From positions 1-64,000 of the IMG/VR virus record IMGVR_UViG_3300014489_000001: 64,000 nt of DNA. One strand, given 5' to 3'. The DNA is from a virus (lineage: Duplodnaviria; Heunggongvirae; Uroviricota; Caudoviricetes). Under the pieces are notes generated by a model that was given only the letters and a program-made list of their open reading frames with translations, did not search any database and had not been told where the DNA came from. Shown here piece by piece: positions 46,152 to 56,388 of this stretch. How positions within the stretch are numbered: the first letter of the stretch is position 1; each line of letters opens with the position of its first letter. A program made the translations under genes and the position numbers.

Positions 46152-48734
46152 TCATTTGTCTGCCCAACTATTTAACCCTATCTGCCAATCCATTTTAATC
46201 AAGGGCACCTTGGGTCGAATCGATTCCACCGATTCATTCACAACACGCTTCACTTCTTGTGAATACTCTGGACGAGTAACACACATTACCTCATCATGGA
46301 TATTCATGGCAATTACTCGCCACTCATTAACACCATGAGGTTGAATGCCCCAAATGTTGCGTTGCAACTTCTTTGTTGCCTGGGCACCCGACGACTGAAT
46401 CTGATGATTCGCTGCCGCACGCATTGAGCTAGACTGAATGTTAAATGCAGCAGCAAACAACGCAGACCGTGTGGCTCCCTCTGCCAACTGTAATCGATCT
46501 CGCCTTACGACCCGTATCCGAATGTCCTTCCAAGATCGCGGTGGTTTCTCTGCAAGATCGAATAAGGCTTTGCAGATACGATTCTCAAGAGTAAAGTATC
46601 GGGGAAATCCGAACAAGGACTCGATCTTGTCAGAAGGTTCATGCCATTCAACCTTACTTCCAATTCCTCCCGGTTGACGCATTGAGCAAAACTGATCGAC
46701 GATTCGCTGACGGGCAACTCCGACTTGCTTAAATTGTCGGCCAAATTCGATAAATGCTTTGTTAGCTGTCTCAAGATCGACGCCAAGACGAGATTGGAGG
46801 GTAGGTCCTTCTCCACCGTAAAACATTGCGAAAACAGCGGACTTTGCTCTGGTGTACTTGTCATCAGCCGTTCCCTTGGTTGCCTTCAAAGATTTATAAG
46901 TATGCTCGGGATACACATGAACCCCGAACAAAGCATGAATCGCTTTGCCATCCTTATCACAGCTTGGGCAATAGATTTCATTCGTCGGACTTATTGCTTT
47001 GATCTGCTTGCAGATTTTGCACGGCTTTTCATTCGATGCCGTTCTCTCACGCTTGACGCATTCTGGGCAGTAGATGTCCCCTTCTTCGATGACCATCTGC
47101 TGGTCGCAGTATTCGCAGGTGAGTAGAGCTTTTCGCAAATCCGGATCACCGTAGCAAGCCTCTGCAAGCGTGACTTCAAATCCTGCAAAGTCTCCACCAT
47201 CAAGGGAGAACCCAGGCCAGGCAAGAGGAAAGCAGGATCTAACTTCTTTAGTTTTGTTAATGCCTTGCGCATTAAGTCCATCTGTTCCTGACATTCTTGA
47301 ACTGAGAGCACCAATGACTTTAAAGCTGGCGTGGAATCTCCCGGCAAGCAAGAGCTTGTCGTAGAGTTCGATTTCCTTGCAAGCTTTGCGAGCATCGAGG
47401 ACCGCTTGCGCCCGGTAGGCAGCGGGATGCAGAATCTTTCCCGTGGAGTGGCAGTTTTCACAAGCAACCTTTGGTGTTGAGATTACACTCTTAACAATGA
47501 TTGGGTCTTGCCCGGTTAACTCTTCCGTAAGTTCCCGAACATCTTCACAACACTCTTCAATGACAATCTCAGTGATTGCATTCTTGTTACACACTGGACA
47601 TGGTATTTCCAGTTTTGCAACCGTCTCAAGTAAGACCTTTTTGGTACTCCCCTTGAGAACTACTTTGCAAGCGGGTTCTAAGAGTTCATTGACGTAGTGC
47701 TTGACTTCCCTCGCACCGGTGGGGATGGCTTTCTTTTTGGCGATTGCTGAAGTTCGCAAGGCTCGGAGTTTGTCGAGATCGAGCTTGAATCCACGCCACC
47801 GCACAGCAGCGACCATGCAAGCCAACTCAGAATCATCGTCACCAGGATCGGGACGCCCAAAATGATTGTATAACCCGCGAGTGTAAATAACGTCGTCACG
47901 AGCGTACTCCCTAGCAAGGTCGTTGAAAGTCCAGTGATTGATGTGGTGACGGATTACTTCCGGCCACGCCTCACGATCTTGATTCTTCTTGGATTTCTTG
48001 CCAATCTTCCTGGCAAAAGGTACGGCTTTCGCGAAAGGTGCGAATCCGTACTCAGCTGGCCACCATCGACGATCTACCTCGATATCGGTAAATCGTAATA
48101 CCTTCTCTGGCGGGATGTTGAGCGCATCGACAGCCAGAGCTTTTAATCCTGAACTGGCTTTGAACTTCAAGACAATGTCTTTGAAGTCAGGGTTAATTAT
48201 TTTCTCTTCGTCTACAATATCGTAGACTTGCCACTTTTTTGAAGAACGATCCTTCTTCCGTGCAAAGTAAATGTCCTTCAATTCGATTCGTTGTTCCAAC
48301 TCATGTGCCAACTGCCAGGCCAAAGCTGTAGGCACGCGTCGGACCCGAATATCTCCACGATCCATCGTGGATTGGTAAGGGCCTTTACGAGCGTGTAACA
48401 TAAGGTCACAAGCAGAAACAGGCTTAACGCAAGGGCCATCGCGACCCAAAGGCTCAAGCTCAGCAATCTCAGCAACAATATCTTCTGGAATCGCGTCATG
48501 ATCATAGTGAAGCGAGAAGATAGTGTAGAGCTTGCACAGATGGAACCAGTCGAACGCGAGGTTGAATCCACAAACCCCTCCAGGGTGGTTAGCGAACATT
48601 TCAATCAAAGCGAGAGTCTTGCTGATCGGTTCCGTCCAGACTGAATACAATTCAATAGGGCCGTCATCTTCGGCCCATTGAATCAACACAGCCATGCCGT
48701 GCAATCCGCATGTTTCAGTATCAACGAAGATCAT
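46152..48734 (-). CDS. family-A DNA polymerase (Pol I/T7-like) with N-terminal 3'-5' exonuclease
   Basis: exo I FVDTETCGL; polymerase motif C AMNIHDEVM; 860 aa. Confidence 0.8.
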   Translation of the reverse strand: MIFVDTETCGLHGMAVLIQWAEDDGPIELYSVWTEPISKTLALIEMFANHPGGVCGFNLAFDWFHLCKLYTIFSLHYDHDAIPEDIVAEIAELEPLGRDGPCVKPVSACDLMLHARKGPYQSTMDRGDIRVRRVPTALAWQLAHELEQRIELKDIYFARKKDRSSKKWQVYDIVDEEKIINPDFKDIVLKFKASSGLKALAVDALNIPPEKVLRFTDIEVDRRWWPAEYGFAPFAKAVPFARKIGKKSKKNQDREAWPEVIRHHINHWTFNDLAREYARDDVIYTRGLYNHFGRPDPGDDDSELACMVAAVRWRGFKLDLDKLRALRTSAIAKKKAIPTGAREVKHYVNELLEPACKVVLKGSTKKVLLETVAKLEIPCPVCNKNAITEIVIEECCEDVRELTEELTGQDPIIVKSVISTPKVACENCHSTGKILHPAAYRAQAVLDARKACKEIELYDKLLLAGRFHASFKVIGALSSRMSGTDGLNAQGINKTKEVRSCFPLAWPGFSLDGGDFAGFEVTLAEACYGDPDLRKALLTCEYCDQQMVIEEGDIYCPECVKRERTASNEKPCKICKQIKAISPTNEIYCPSCDKDGKAIHALFGVHVYPEHTYKSLKATKGTADDKYTRAKSAVFAMFYGGEGPTLQSRLGVDLETANKAFIEFGRQFKQVGVARQRIVDQFCSMRQPGGIGSKVEWHEPSDKIESLFGFPRYFTLENRICKALFDLAEKPPRSWKDIRIRVVRRDRLQLAEGATRSALFAAAFNIQSSSMRAAANHQIQSSGAQATKKLQRNIWGIQPHGVNEWRVIAMNIHDEVMCVTRPEYSQEVKRVVNESVESIRPKVPLIKMDWQIGLNSWADK

Positions 48735-49304
48735 TCTATTCTCGTTAAAATAAGTTGAAAAGCTTGAGCCTGCGTAATCTTGTTTGGGTTACTGCACTGT
48801 TTGTTGATATCTGCTCTTGTCAGATTCTTCTCACCGCATACCAGACATACGCCAACAAACTTTTCACTTTTATGATTAGTCCGTTTAAGAACGTGCTTAA
48901 AATTGACCACCAGAATCTCCAATCAATTGGTCGCACAGAGTGTGTCCGGAGTAAACACTTGATTGAGGACGGCGAGAGCCTTCACTTTAGTTGGCTCAAA
49001 AGCCTCAAGCAAAGCCTCATTATTCTGCAATGACGATGATCGAATGTACAATTCGATGAATGTCAATGCTGCTCGGATGGATTCAGGATCGTATCTCATT
49101 TCTTCTTTTCCAAAAGTTCTCGAAGTTCGGCCCAAGTAATATTGATTAACGGTTGTGCCACATCTGTATGGCACTTACAACTGATTATGCGAGGTAAATA
49201 CTGACGCATGGTAAATACCATTGGTGTCAGACAAATTGTACAAGTTCGAAAAGGTACGTCTTTCTCTGCCATTAACAGAGCTTTCACATAATCGAAGGTC
49301 ATGA

Positions 49305-49787
49305 CTAATCCTCAGGTAGGTCACCAAGATAGGTCAATGTCTCACGGCTAAGAATCCCATCATTAGTCCATCGGCCGTTGAGTGTCCTTCCAGTAATCCG
49401 GTATGTTGAAATACCGTGCAACTTACCATCAGTCCAGCTAACAGCAAAATTGTCACCAGTTTTGATTCCCACTCCCTGAGTGGTCACATTACCGGCTACA
49501 TTGACAAAATGATATGAATCTGCTTGCAACTGACGAATGACGCACACGCCATTGTATTTGATACTTTTCTGAGTACCAGTTACAGTGTAGATTCCTTCAA
49601 GCGGAAAGTTCTTCACCAGAACTTGGGGTTCCTTCGTTTGGACCGGGTTACACAGAACCAGAATCGAAAGCACGAGAGACGTTATCATTGGACGGGTCCT
49701 CTTCTTGTATGGTGTTAATTCTACGTGATGTCCCGGATTCTTGAGAACTGTTCTGAAAGATAGATTGCCGTCGGCGCGCAGGTCCAC
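49305..49787 (-). CDS. secreted hypothetical protein
   Basis: signal-peptide-like segment ITSLVLSILVLCNPVQT. Confidence 0.4.
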   Translation of the reverse strand: MDLRADGNLSFRTVLKNPGHHVELTPYKKRTRPMITSLVLSILVLCNPVQTKEPQVLVKNFPLEGIYTVTGTQKSIKYNGVCVIRQLQADSYHFVNVAGNVTTQGVGIKTGDNFAVSWTDGKLHGISTYRITGRTLNGRWTNDGILSRETLTYLGDLPED

Positions 49788-49841
49788 CGCATGTGGGGCA
49801 TGTGTCCGACGACAGGAATTTCTCGCAATCGACGCAGTATC

Positions 49842-50309
49842 TCACGATTCGAATATCCTTTTGACTAACTCATCAGCCAAGACGTTACAGTCAGCCAGAG
49901 TCGTCAGATTTGCTGGTGCCTCGCTCAACTGATCGGCGAGTATGATTTCGGCGATGCTCGCCACGTAACCTTTCCTCATTGAGAGATCATCCTTGAATGC
50001 TTCCTTGAAAGCATCACGTGCCTGTTTGATTGTCGGCACTTTCGAAAACAAGCTCGCTTTTGCAACCTCATCAATAAGAATGTCAGCAAAAGCATCACAA
50101 AGCGATGGGTCCATTACCTTACGCCTGTTATTCGGATGCGTACACCACGACTTTGCGGCAATGCCGCGTGCTACGTCACGGTTCACTTGTCTTTTCTCCA
50201 GTAAAGTTGGGGTATTCTTCCTTGATAGATTCAAAGAAGTCTTTTGTGCTAATCGCACCACCCGCCCAAGACAAGGTACGAGTAACAAGATTAGGGCCAA
50301 TTTTATCAT
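49842..50309 (-). CDS. hypothetical protein
   Basis: 155-aa ORF, N-terminal hydrophobic segment. Confidence 0.4.
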   Translation of the reverse strand: MIKLALILLLVPCLGRVVRLAQKTSLNLSRKNTPTLLEKRQVNRDVARGIAAKSWCTHPNNRRKVMDPSLCDAFADILIDEVAKASLFSKVPTIKQARDAFKEAFKDDLSMRKGYVASIAEIILADQLSEAPANLTTLADCNVLADELVKRIFES

Positions 50310-51072
50310 AGACCATATCCAAGACTTCGAAAATCTCTCGCATGTTGCGAGCAGTCTTGGTGGTCAAATCGTCCGTGACAGCTTTCTTTGGCTTGGCTGG
50401 GACAAACAATTGTTCATCTTCACCACGAGCCTTTGCATCCTTGATTCGCTTCACGGCGTCGATGCGACCTTGCCGAGAAGGAATCTCATGCAGCATCTTG
50501 ATCTGGTCTTGCTTGAGCAGACCTGCTGCAACCTCCAATTGAATATCAGGTTCCAAGTCCAGTATCAAGTATCGAATCGATACCCAACCAGTAGACTTGC
50601 CGACTTCCTTGGCAACCTCACGCAACTGCAAACCTGCTTTGCGAAACCATTCAATGGCTTTCGCTTCTTGAAGCATGTTCAAATCTTTGCGTTCAAGATT
50701 CTCGATGATGTTGAGTGCGCGGGCATCCAACTCACTCAACTTCTCATTGACGGTTCCAGGGATGTCTGTCCACTTCAAAAGTTTGCACGCGAAGTGCCGA
50801 CGATGACCCACCACGATCTTGTAACGGAAAGGTGGGAAATTGTACGGCCGCACGACAATCGGTTGCAAGAGTCCTTTATCCCTGATGGACCCAACCAGAC
50901 TCTCAACTTCATATGGCGCAATTGGACCACGACAATTGAAGTTGGAGTCTGAGTAAATGTCTTGCATCGGAATCTGCACAAGCTGCATGTCAGTTCCCCA
51001 TTGTAGAATCGCCTTCACGAAGACTAATATCGTCCTCATTCCGCGACTTAAAATAGTCTCTGAGGGCATCAC
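50176..51072 (-). CDS. ParB-like N-terminal domain protein with HTH
   Basis: LLQPIVVRP...YKIVVGHRRHFACK (ParB box GxRR). Confidence 0.6.
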   Translation of the reverse strand: MMPSETILSRGMRTILVFVKAILQWGTDMQLVQIPMQDIYSDSNFNCRGPIAPYEVESLVGSIRDKGLLQPIVVRPYNFPPFRYKIVVGHRRHFACKLLKWTDIPGTVNEKLSELDARALNIIENLERKDLNMLQEAKAIEWFRKAGLQLREVAKEVGKSTGWVSIRYLILDLEPDIQLEVAAGLLKQDQIKMLHEIPSRQGRIDAVKRIKDAKARGEDEQLFVPAKPKKAVTDDLTTKTARNMREIFEVLDMVYDKIGPNLVTRTLSWAGGAISTKDFFESIKEEYPNFTGEKTSEP

Positions 51073-52123
51073 GAAGTTTCGGTTTGCCAGACGTTAGTTG
51101 GTAAATGCCTTGTGAATCTTTGAATATGTCGGTGTACGGATCGAAGTCACAATCACGCAGAATTTTCCACCGATGTTCGTATTTACGCAATACCTTGCTA
51201 CCGTGGAAATGGTGAATCGCATGGCAGTCCACACATCCAACGTTCTTGTTGACGAATCTGGCAGCACGATTTTGCCAGATTTTGATAGAGTCGGTATAGC
51301 GTTGCCCAACACTGTTCATCTCCCTGACATTAGGATGAATATCAGGCTCACCAGCAAGGCCAAAAGCCATATGCCAATCACCTGAACCAAGGATGCAAGT
51401 GTCAAGAAGACCGCCACAAGCATTAAACGCTGGACGTTTCCACGCCCATGCCGCACCGGTCGTGCCGATTCCACCACGACTCTTTATAAGTTGGCTTCCG
51501 GTGGCTGCTCCATAATACAAACCCTCAGTCTCGGGGATACCCTTCTGTACTCTTGAGAGTACCTCTGGTGTCAACTCACCAGACACGAATCGTGAGCCAA
51601 AGCTCTTGAGAATCCGAAGAGGTTTGTGGTCGTGCGTCAAGTCGCAATACGTGGAGAACATCTGCACCCAATCGTGGTGCTGTAGCATATGGATGGTTTC
51701 CAATGCCACGTCATAACGCGTGAACGTAAAGTCGCCATCGACATACGCCCCATATCTCCACTCAGGATCAAACCGTGAGATTACAGCATTGAGAATATTC
51801 TCTTTGTGCCATAACTCATGGTCTGTTCTCAATTGCACATCGAAAGGATTGCTTGTTGATGTTACTTCAAACGGACGATCACCGTAAGCAAGTTCACCAA
51901 CATACAATCGTACATTTGGTAATGCGGTGATGTGCCGTCGAAAATCATTAAACAATCGGATACGAGTCCGCCACCGAAACGGATTGCTATAAGCAACCGC
52001 AACGTGCAGAGTTTGCTCTGGTGCCCAACTTGCATGAGCGGGCGTGCTGTTTGGATGAGGGTGTCCGTGATCCACAGTTTTCATACTGCGATGCACTTCT
52101 ACCCCATGGTTGCTGTAATCCAT
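50990..52123 (-). CDS. putative GT-A-fold glycosyltransferase (DxD)
   Basis: Rossmann-like LHVAVAYSNP and YVDGDFTF (DXD); weak assignment. Confidence 0.35.
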   Translation of the reverse strand: MDYSNHGVEVHRSMKTVDHGHPHPNSTPAHASWAPEQTLHVAVAYSNPFRWRTRIRLFNDFRRHITALPNVRLYVGELAYGDRPFEVTSTSNPFDVQLRTDHELWHKENILNAVISRFDPEWRYGAYVDGDFTFTRYDVALETIHMLQHHDWVQMFSTYCDLTHDHKPLRILKSFGSRFVSGELTPEVLSRVQKGIPETEGLYYGAATGSQLIKSRGGIGTTGAAWAWKRPAFNACGGLLDTCILGSGDWHMAFGLAGEPDIHPNVREMNSVGQRYTDSIKIWQNRAARFVNKNVGCVDCHAIHHFHGSKVLRKYEHRWKILRDCDFDPYTDIFKDSQGIYQLTSGKPKLRDALRDYFKSRNEDDISLREGDSTMGN

Positions 52124-52293
52124 TTTTTAACACTCGCAAGGTATCATTAAAGATACTTCTTTGTTATCAAACCAACACTTCCCACATACAAGAACATTAA
52201 GATCAGGGTGCAGGAAGGGTTGAGGATGTTCACACTCGTATGGACAATGCCCATGAGAACAATTCTTCGCGACACACCAGATTTGGTAATCGC

Positions 52294-54291
52294 TCATTGA
52301 GAACGTTCCACACCTTCAAGGGCCGCTAACTGTACATTCATCTCACCCAATGTTAGAGATTGAAGTTTTCTCTTGTTACGGAGATTATTCAACACCAACT
52401 CGTCGGATGACAAATGTACAATGTCGATAATCGTAGCACCACGGTTCACGTCCATGCCCATACGGTGGATACGATCTTCTGATTGTATACGAGATTCCGC
52501 ATTGAAGTCATTGGAGTAATAGACAATCGTGGGGCTGGCGGTAAGTGTAAGTCCCATGCCCGCAGCCGAAGGCTGTCCAATGAATACAAGACGCGGAATC
52601 TCGCTATTCTGAAACAGCAAAAGAAGTTCTTTTGCAGTACCAGGAATACTTGAGGTCCATCCTCGACCATCTACGCGAATCCATTCCCATTGAGCTTTCT
52701 TTGCTATTTCGACGCAACGATCAACGCTACCAGTAAAGCCGGCATACACGACAAGTCTTCCCACTTCATCATGTTCGTCGAGTAGGTCTGACAGTACAGC
52801 CTCTTTCGCGCATTCAACTTGCGTTGCCGTCCGAGTGTACGCCGTGCTTTCTCCAGTGCCATCGCAATGTGGACATGCCTTCTGAGTTTCCTGAAACGAT
52901 CCCTTCGGAATCTCAAGTCCTTCATATTGTCTCCGCATGATTTCATCATACTGGTCGTCGGGACCAATATACATGAAGTCAATTACAGTACGGTCGCCCT
53001 TGCACAACGGACACTTCTCAGTACCGATTGCAGTTTCGTCGTATTGAAATCCATCGGAGAGTTCACGGAGAAGGGTCAGCGTCTTAATCGCTGAACTACC
53101 TGTAGCCGTGATTAGCTTTGCTGCATTGATAATCGCTTGCGTTGGCTTGACACGGATCAACTTGTACTGCTTCTCTGGCAGGTCCAAGCAATCCTTCTTA
53201 AGCTTGACCAGAACCAAGCCGTTCATCCGTTTGTACAGATAACTGACTTCATTCTTGCTCGGAGCGTATGCGTGGTAATCCTCTTCACAAAGATTAACTT
53301 CGCTGTGAATATTATCGTCAGCGAATTTGCCGCACACCTTGCACTTGCGTTCGTCATCCAGCCAGGCTTCAAGTTTCGAGTAAACACCAGCCACGCCCTC
53401 AGCCTCTTTCATGATAGCTAATCGGCGGCGGAACTTCGCCGGATCGCCCTCTTTAAGAAAGCCGGGACAAGCAATGTTACAAAGACTCCACCAATCAACG
53501 GGAGACTTTGGGGCAGGGGAACCTGACATAAGAATGACATAGCCACGGTCTCCCCAATGGTCACGGATTGCATCAGCCAGAAACTTAGCTGCCTGAGTAC
53601 GCTGCGCAGTATGTGTCTTGCAACGACTGGCTTCATCTAGTACAAGCCCCTGCGGTGGCAGTTTGTCTTTCGGCCAATCTTTGAGCAGCTTTGTTAAGCC
53701 CTCATACGTGTAGAACATCGGCCGGATGATTGCTCCCCATTTGTCAAATTCAAGTTGCACCGAATACATCGCAGACTTCGGTGCAATCCAAAACCAATCT
53801 CGAGCTTGGGTGAGCAAGAGCGATGCTTCCATCGCTTCGATTGTAGCAAGTGTTTTACCGCAACCCATCTCGCCTGCGATTACACAATACTGGCGAGACA
53901 ATTCAAAGGCCGCAATATCAACCTGGTGAGCGTGACAAATCTCACGACGCGCATCGAACTTAATTATCGGCTTATCGAAATGCGCGTAAGGATTGCCACC
54001 AGTCAGATATTCGAGTTGAAACCGATTATGCTGAGAGTCCGGGAGAGACCACTGCTTAATCGGATTAGGTTCCTCGAAACCGTGCCAACGTGTCCCCTCA
54101 AGAGCTTTGAGTTCCTCAGTAATCTTCTTGTTGAAACCGTAGGATGCCCAAAGTTTTGCACCCTTCTTTGTAAAGGCAACCGGCACCTTCATCTTGCCGA
54201 TGATTCGACCTTTCAGATCGACCATATCGACACCGATTTTAAGTTCGGTTCGAATGCCTTCCTCAAATCGGAGTGTAGTGAACATTGACAA
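52294..54291 (-). CDS. SNF2/DEAD-like superfamily-2 helicase
   Basis: Walker A GEMGCGKT, motif II LVLDEASR, C-terminal helicase domain; Cys clusters (zinc finger). Confidence 0.75.
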   Translation of the reverse strand: MSMFTTLRFEEGIRTELKIGVDMVDLKGRIIGKMKVPVAFTKKGAKLWASYGFNKKITEELKALEGTRWHGFEEPNPIKQWSLPDSQHNRFQLEYLTGGNPYAHFDKPIIKFDARREICHAHQVDIAAFELSRQYCVIAGEMGCGKTLATIEAMEASLLLTQARDWFWIAPKSAMYSVQLEFDKWGAIIRPMFYTYEGLTKLLKDWPKDKLPPQGLVLDEASRCKTHTAQRTQAAKFLADAIRDHWGDRGYVILMSGSPAPKSPVDWWSLCNIACPGFLKEGDPAKFRRRLAIMKEAEGVAGVYSKLEAWLDDERKCKVCGKFADDNIHSEVNLCEEDYHAYAPSKNEVSYLYKRMNGLVLVKLKKDCLDLPEKQYKLIRVKPTQAIINAAKLITATGSSAIKTLTLLRELSDGFQYDETAIGTEKCPLCKGDRTVIDFMYIGPDDQYDEIMRRQYEGLEIPKGSFQETQKACPHCDGTGESTAYTRTATQVECAKEAVLSDLLDEHDEVGRLVVYAGFTGSVDRCVEIAKKAQWEWIRVDGRGWTSSIPGTAKELLLLFQNSEIPRLVFIGQPSAAGMGLTLTASPTIVYYSNDFNAESRIQSEDRIHRMGMDVNRGATIIDIVHLSSDELVLNNLRNKRKLQSLTLGEMNVQLAALEGVERSQ

Positions 54292-54637
54292 CGTCCCTTA
54301 AAAGTTCGTAATAGCTTTTGAATGTTGATTGTAGTAAATCACTCCAATCCGCAAGACACACTGTGCCTTCACGAGAACTTAGTGGAGTGTAACCTTCAAC
54401 TTGAGTCCTGAAACACAAGACGTAAAAATCATCCGCACCACTAGGTGCTTGGAAGATCAATTTCTGTCGAACAGCAACAAGGCCAGTCTCTTCACGAAGT
54501 TCACGAGCGGCAGTTCGCTTAAATGATTCGCCAGGTTCCATTTTACCTCCAGGTAGAATGAAACCACGACCCTTTGCACAATAGATGGAAACAATCTTAC
54601 CATCTATCTCAACAAAACTGACACAGCCGATCTTCAT
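54263..54637 (-). CDS. NUDIX hydrolase
   Basis: Nudix box GGKMEPGESFKRTAARELREETGL. Confidence 0.75.
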   Translation of the reverse strand: MKIGCVSFVEIDGKIVSIYCAKGRGFILPGGKMEPGESFKRTAARELREETGLVAVRQKLIFQAPSGADDFYVLCFRTQVEGYTPLSSREGTVCLADWSDLLQSTFKSYYELLRDVVNVHYTPI

Positions 54638-55129
54638 TCATTTCTCCAAAAGCTTGTAAGAGCCGTCTTTCAACACTGATTTACGATAATCAGAGAACAC
54701 CTGACTCAATCCTCGCGATTCCATATCCGTGAGGATTGCATTCGTAAATAGTCTGAATGAGTTGAGAGCAGAATCACTACAACCATCCAGAATGGCAGAA
54801 CGCCATTGTTGAAGATTCCCACTCACGACGCCTAATTCATTATCCTGGTCCGTTGTAATATTCAGTCCCGATTCCCAAACAATCTCAAACATTTCACGTT
54901 CTTTACAATGAACGAGATATGAATAAAATTCATGCCTGAGTATCGAACCAAGATTTGAAAAATTACAAGGAACACTTTTGAAATCAGTCAACGTCGCAAG
55001 TTGTGCCAATGGATGTTCTGGCGAGATTTTCAAATCGTCAATCTTCAAGGATTTATTGAGCTTGTGTTTTACCACACTCAACAAACCTTTCATGTCGATC
55101 TGAGTCTTACCTAAGAATACAACATTCAT
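54638..55129 (-). CDS. hypothetical protein
   Basis: 163-aa ORF. Confidence 0.4.
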   Translation of the reverse strand: MNVVFLGKTQIDMKGLLSVVKHKLNKSLKIDDLKISPEHPLAQLATLTDFKSVPCNFSNLGSILRHEFYSYLVHCKEREMFEIVWESGLNITTDQDNELGVVSGNLQQWRSAILDGCSDSALNSFRLFTNAILTDMESRGLSQVFSDYRKSVLKDGSYKLLEK

Positions 55130-55275
55130 TTTGTGCCCATTAGTCGATTAACGACCAATACGTTGTTGGTTCAACCTTCTTATCGGCAATGCGAATTGAG
55201 GCAGTATAGTTGGACCGGCCGGAAAGTTAAACACCTTGCCGCTCAACAAGTTGTAACACATCGACCGGTCCAGAT

Positions 55276-55326
55276 TTGATGAGTCAGGAATCGAACCTGA
55301 ACTAGGGTATGACCCTAGTCACCAAT
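55276..55326 (-). ncRNA. D-armless mini tRNA-like element with CAU anticodon loop
   Basis: rc TGGTGAC-TAGG-GTCATAC-CCTA-GT-TCAGG-TTCGATT-CCTGA-CTCATCA; 6/7 acceptor pairs, canonical T-arm, 7-nt loop with U33/A37. Confidence 0.3.
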
Positions 55327-55368
55327 GCTCACCAACGCCACCCGTAATAAGGATGGCTAGCTACGCAA

Positions 55369-56067
55369 TTAACGAGCGCGATCATTGTCGGTAGGCGCTG
55401 CTATTTCAACTTCAGAATCCTTCGGATTCGCAAACTTCGTTGCCTGGTCCATCATGTCTTCGACCGATGGAAGATTGGCAAACTGTGTCGAGCAGGGCGT
55501 CACGACAGGGCCGTGCCACATGTACTTCTCGGTCTTGATGAGCTGAGATTTCAGCGTCATCGGCTTGGGACCGTGACCCTCGGTGGTCTGAGTCGCGCCT
55601 GCAGGACAGAACGAACGGATGTTCGGGGCTTCGCGACGGCTCGTCTTGCTGTTGCAGTAGAACGTGGCAAAACACTGAGCCGGAAGATTCGGAACCCAAA
55701 ACATGAACTCGATGCCGTACATGCAGCCCGAATCCTTGACGCCGGCCTTTTCCTGAATCAGGATGAAAGATGCCGACTTCGGATTGTACTGGCTGACGAT
55801 GTTACCGTCGAGAATCTGCATGGCCTTGAAACGCCAGCCAAGAGGCAAACAGTCGAATTCCTTCGTGAGGTCTTCGATCTTGTCTTTCTGGCGGACGAGA
55901 CCGTAGTGACCGATTCCGATGAGACCTTGCTTGGCCGCATTGGAATTGCCGCCGTACAGTGAGATGTACGGAAGGTAGGACGCGGCGGTGACTACGCCAG
56001 CCCACGCTTTGTCATCTTGAGTGTGTTTGGAAACTGGAAAATTCATCGTAGCAAGTTCATTCGACAT
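55369..56067 (-). CDS. hypothetical protein
   Basis: 232-aa ORF. Confidence 0.45.
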   Translation of the reverse strand: MSNELATMNFPVSKHTQDDKAWAGVVTAASYLPYISLYGGNSNAAKQGLIGIGHYGLVRQKDKIEDLTKEFDCLPLGWRFKAMQILDGNIVSQYNPKSASFILIQEKAGVKDSGCMYGIEFMFWVPNLPAQCFATFYCNSKTSRREAPNIRSFCPAGATQTTEGHGPKPMTLKSQLIKTEKYMWHGPVVTPCSTQFANLPSVEDMMDQATKFANPKDSEVEIAAPTDNDRAR

Positions 56068-56090
56068 TGTCTTGTTCTCTGTTGGTGTTA

Positions 56091-56117
56091 TAGGGAGCCG
56101 ATCACAAGATCGGCTCC
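56091..56117 (-). terminator. perfect 11-bp hairpin (GGGAGCCGATC-acaa-GATCGGCTCCC)
   Basis: lies 3' of minus-strand ORF 56128..56274. Confidence 0.4.
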
Positions 56118-56127
56118 CCGCGATTTA

Positions 56128-56274
56128 CTTCGAGCAATTGTCAACCTTGCCACCCGGCTTGCTCACAGGACCAGACTTGGTCATGGGAGGGCCAGCTTGC
56201 TTGGTTGCGGACGGCATTCCGGGTGGCTTGATCGGGTTGCCAGCCGGAATCGTTGCGGTCGGTTTCGCCATGGC
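56128..56274 (-). CDS. small Pro/Lys-rich protein (48 aa)
   Basis: MAKPTATIPAGNPIKPPGMPSATKQAGPPMTKSGPVSKPGGKVDNCSK; GGAGTG SD; below track cutoff. Confidence 0.35.
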
Positions 56275-56388
56275 AAAACACTCCTGAAATGTGGGAGGGC
56301 GTCCCCTCCCAGGGTTGAAAAGACCGGCAATATGCCGGGGACAATAGAACCTGGAATCTACCAGGTAAAGAATCTCGCCTCCGCGAGA

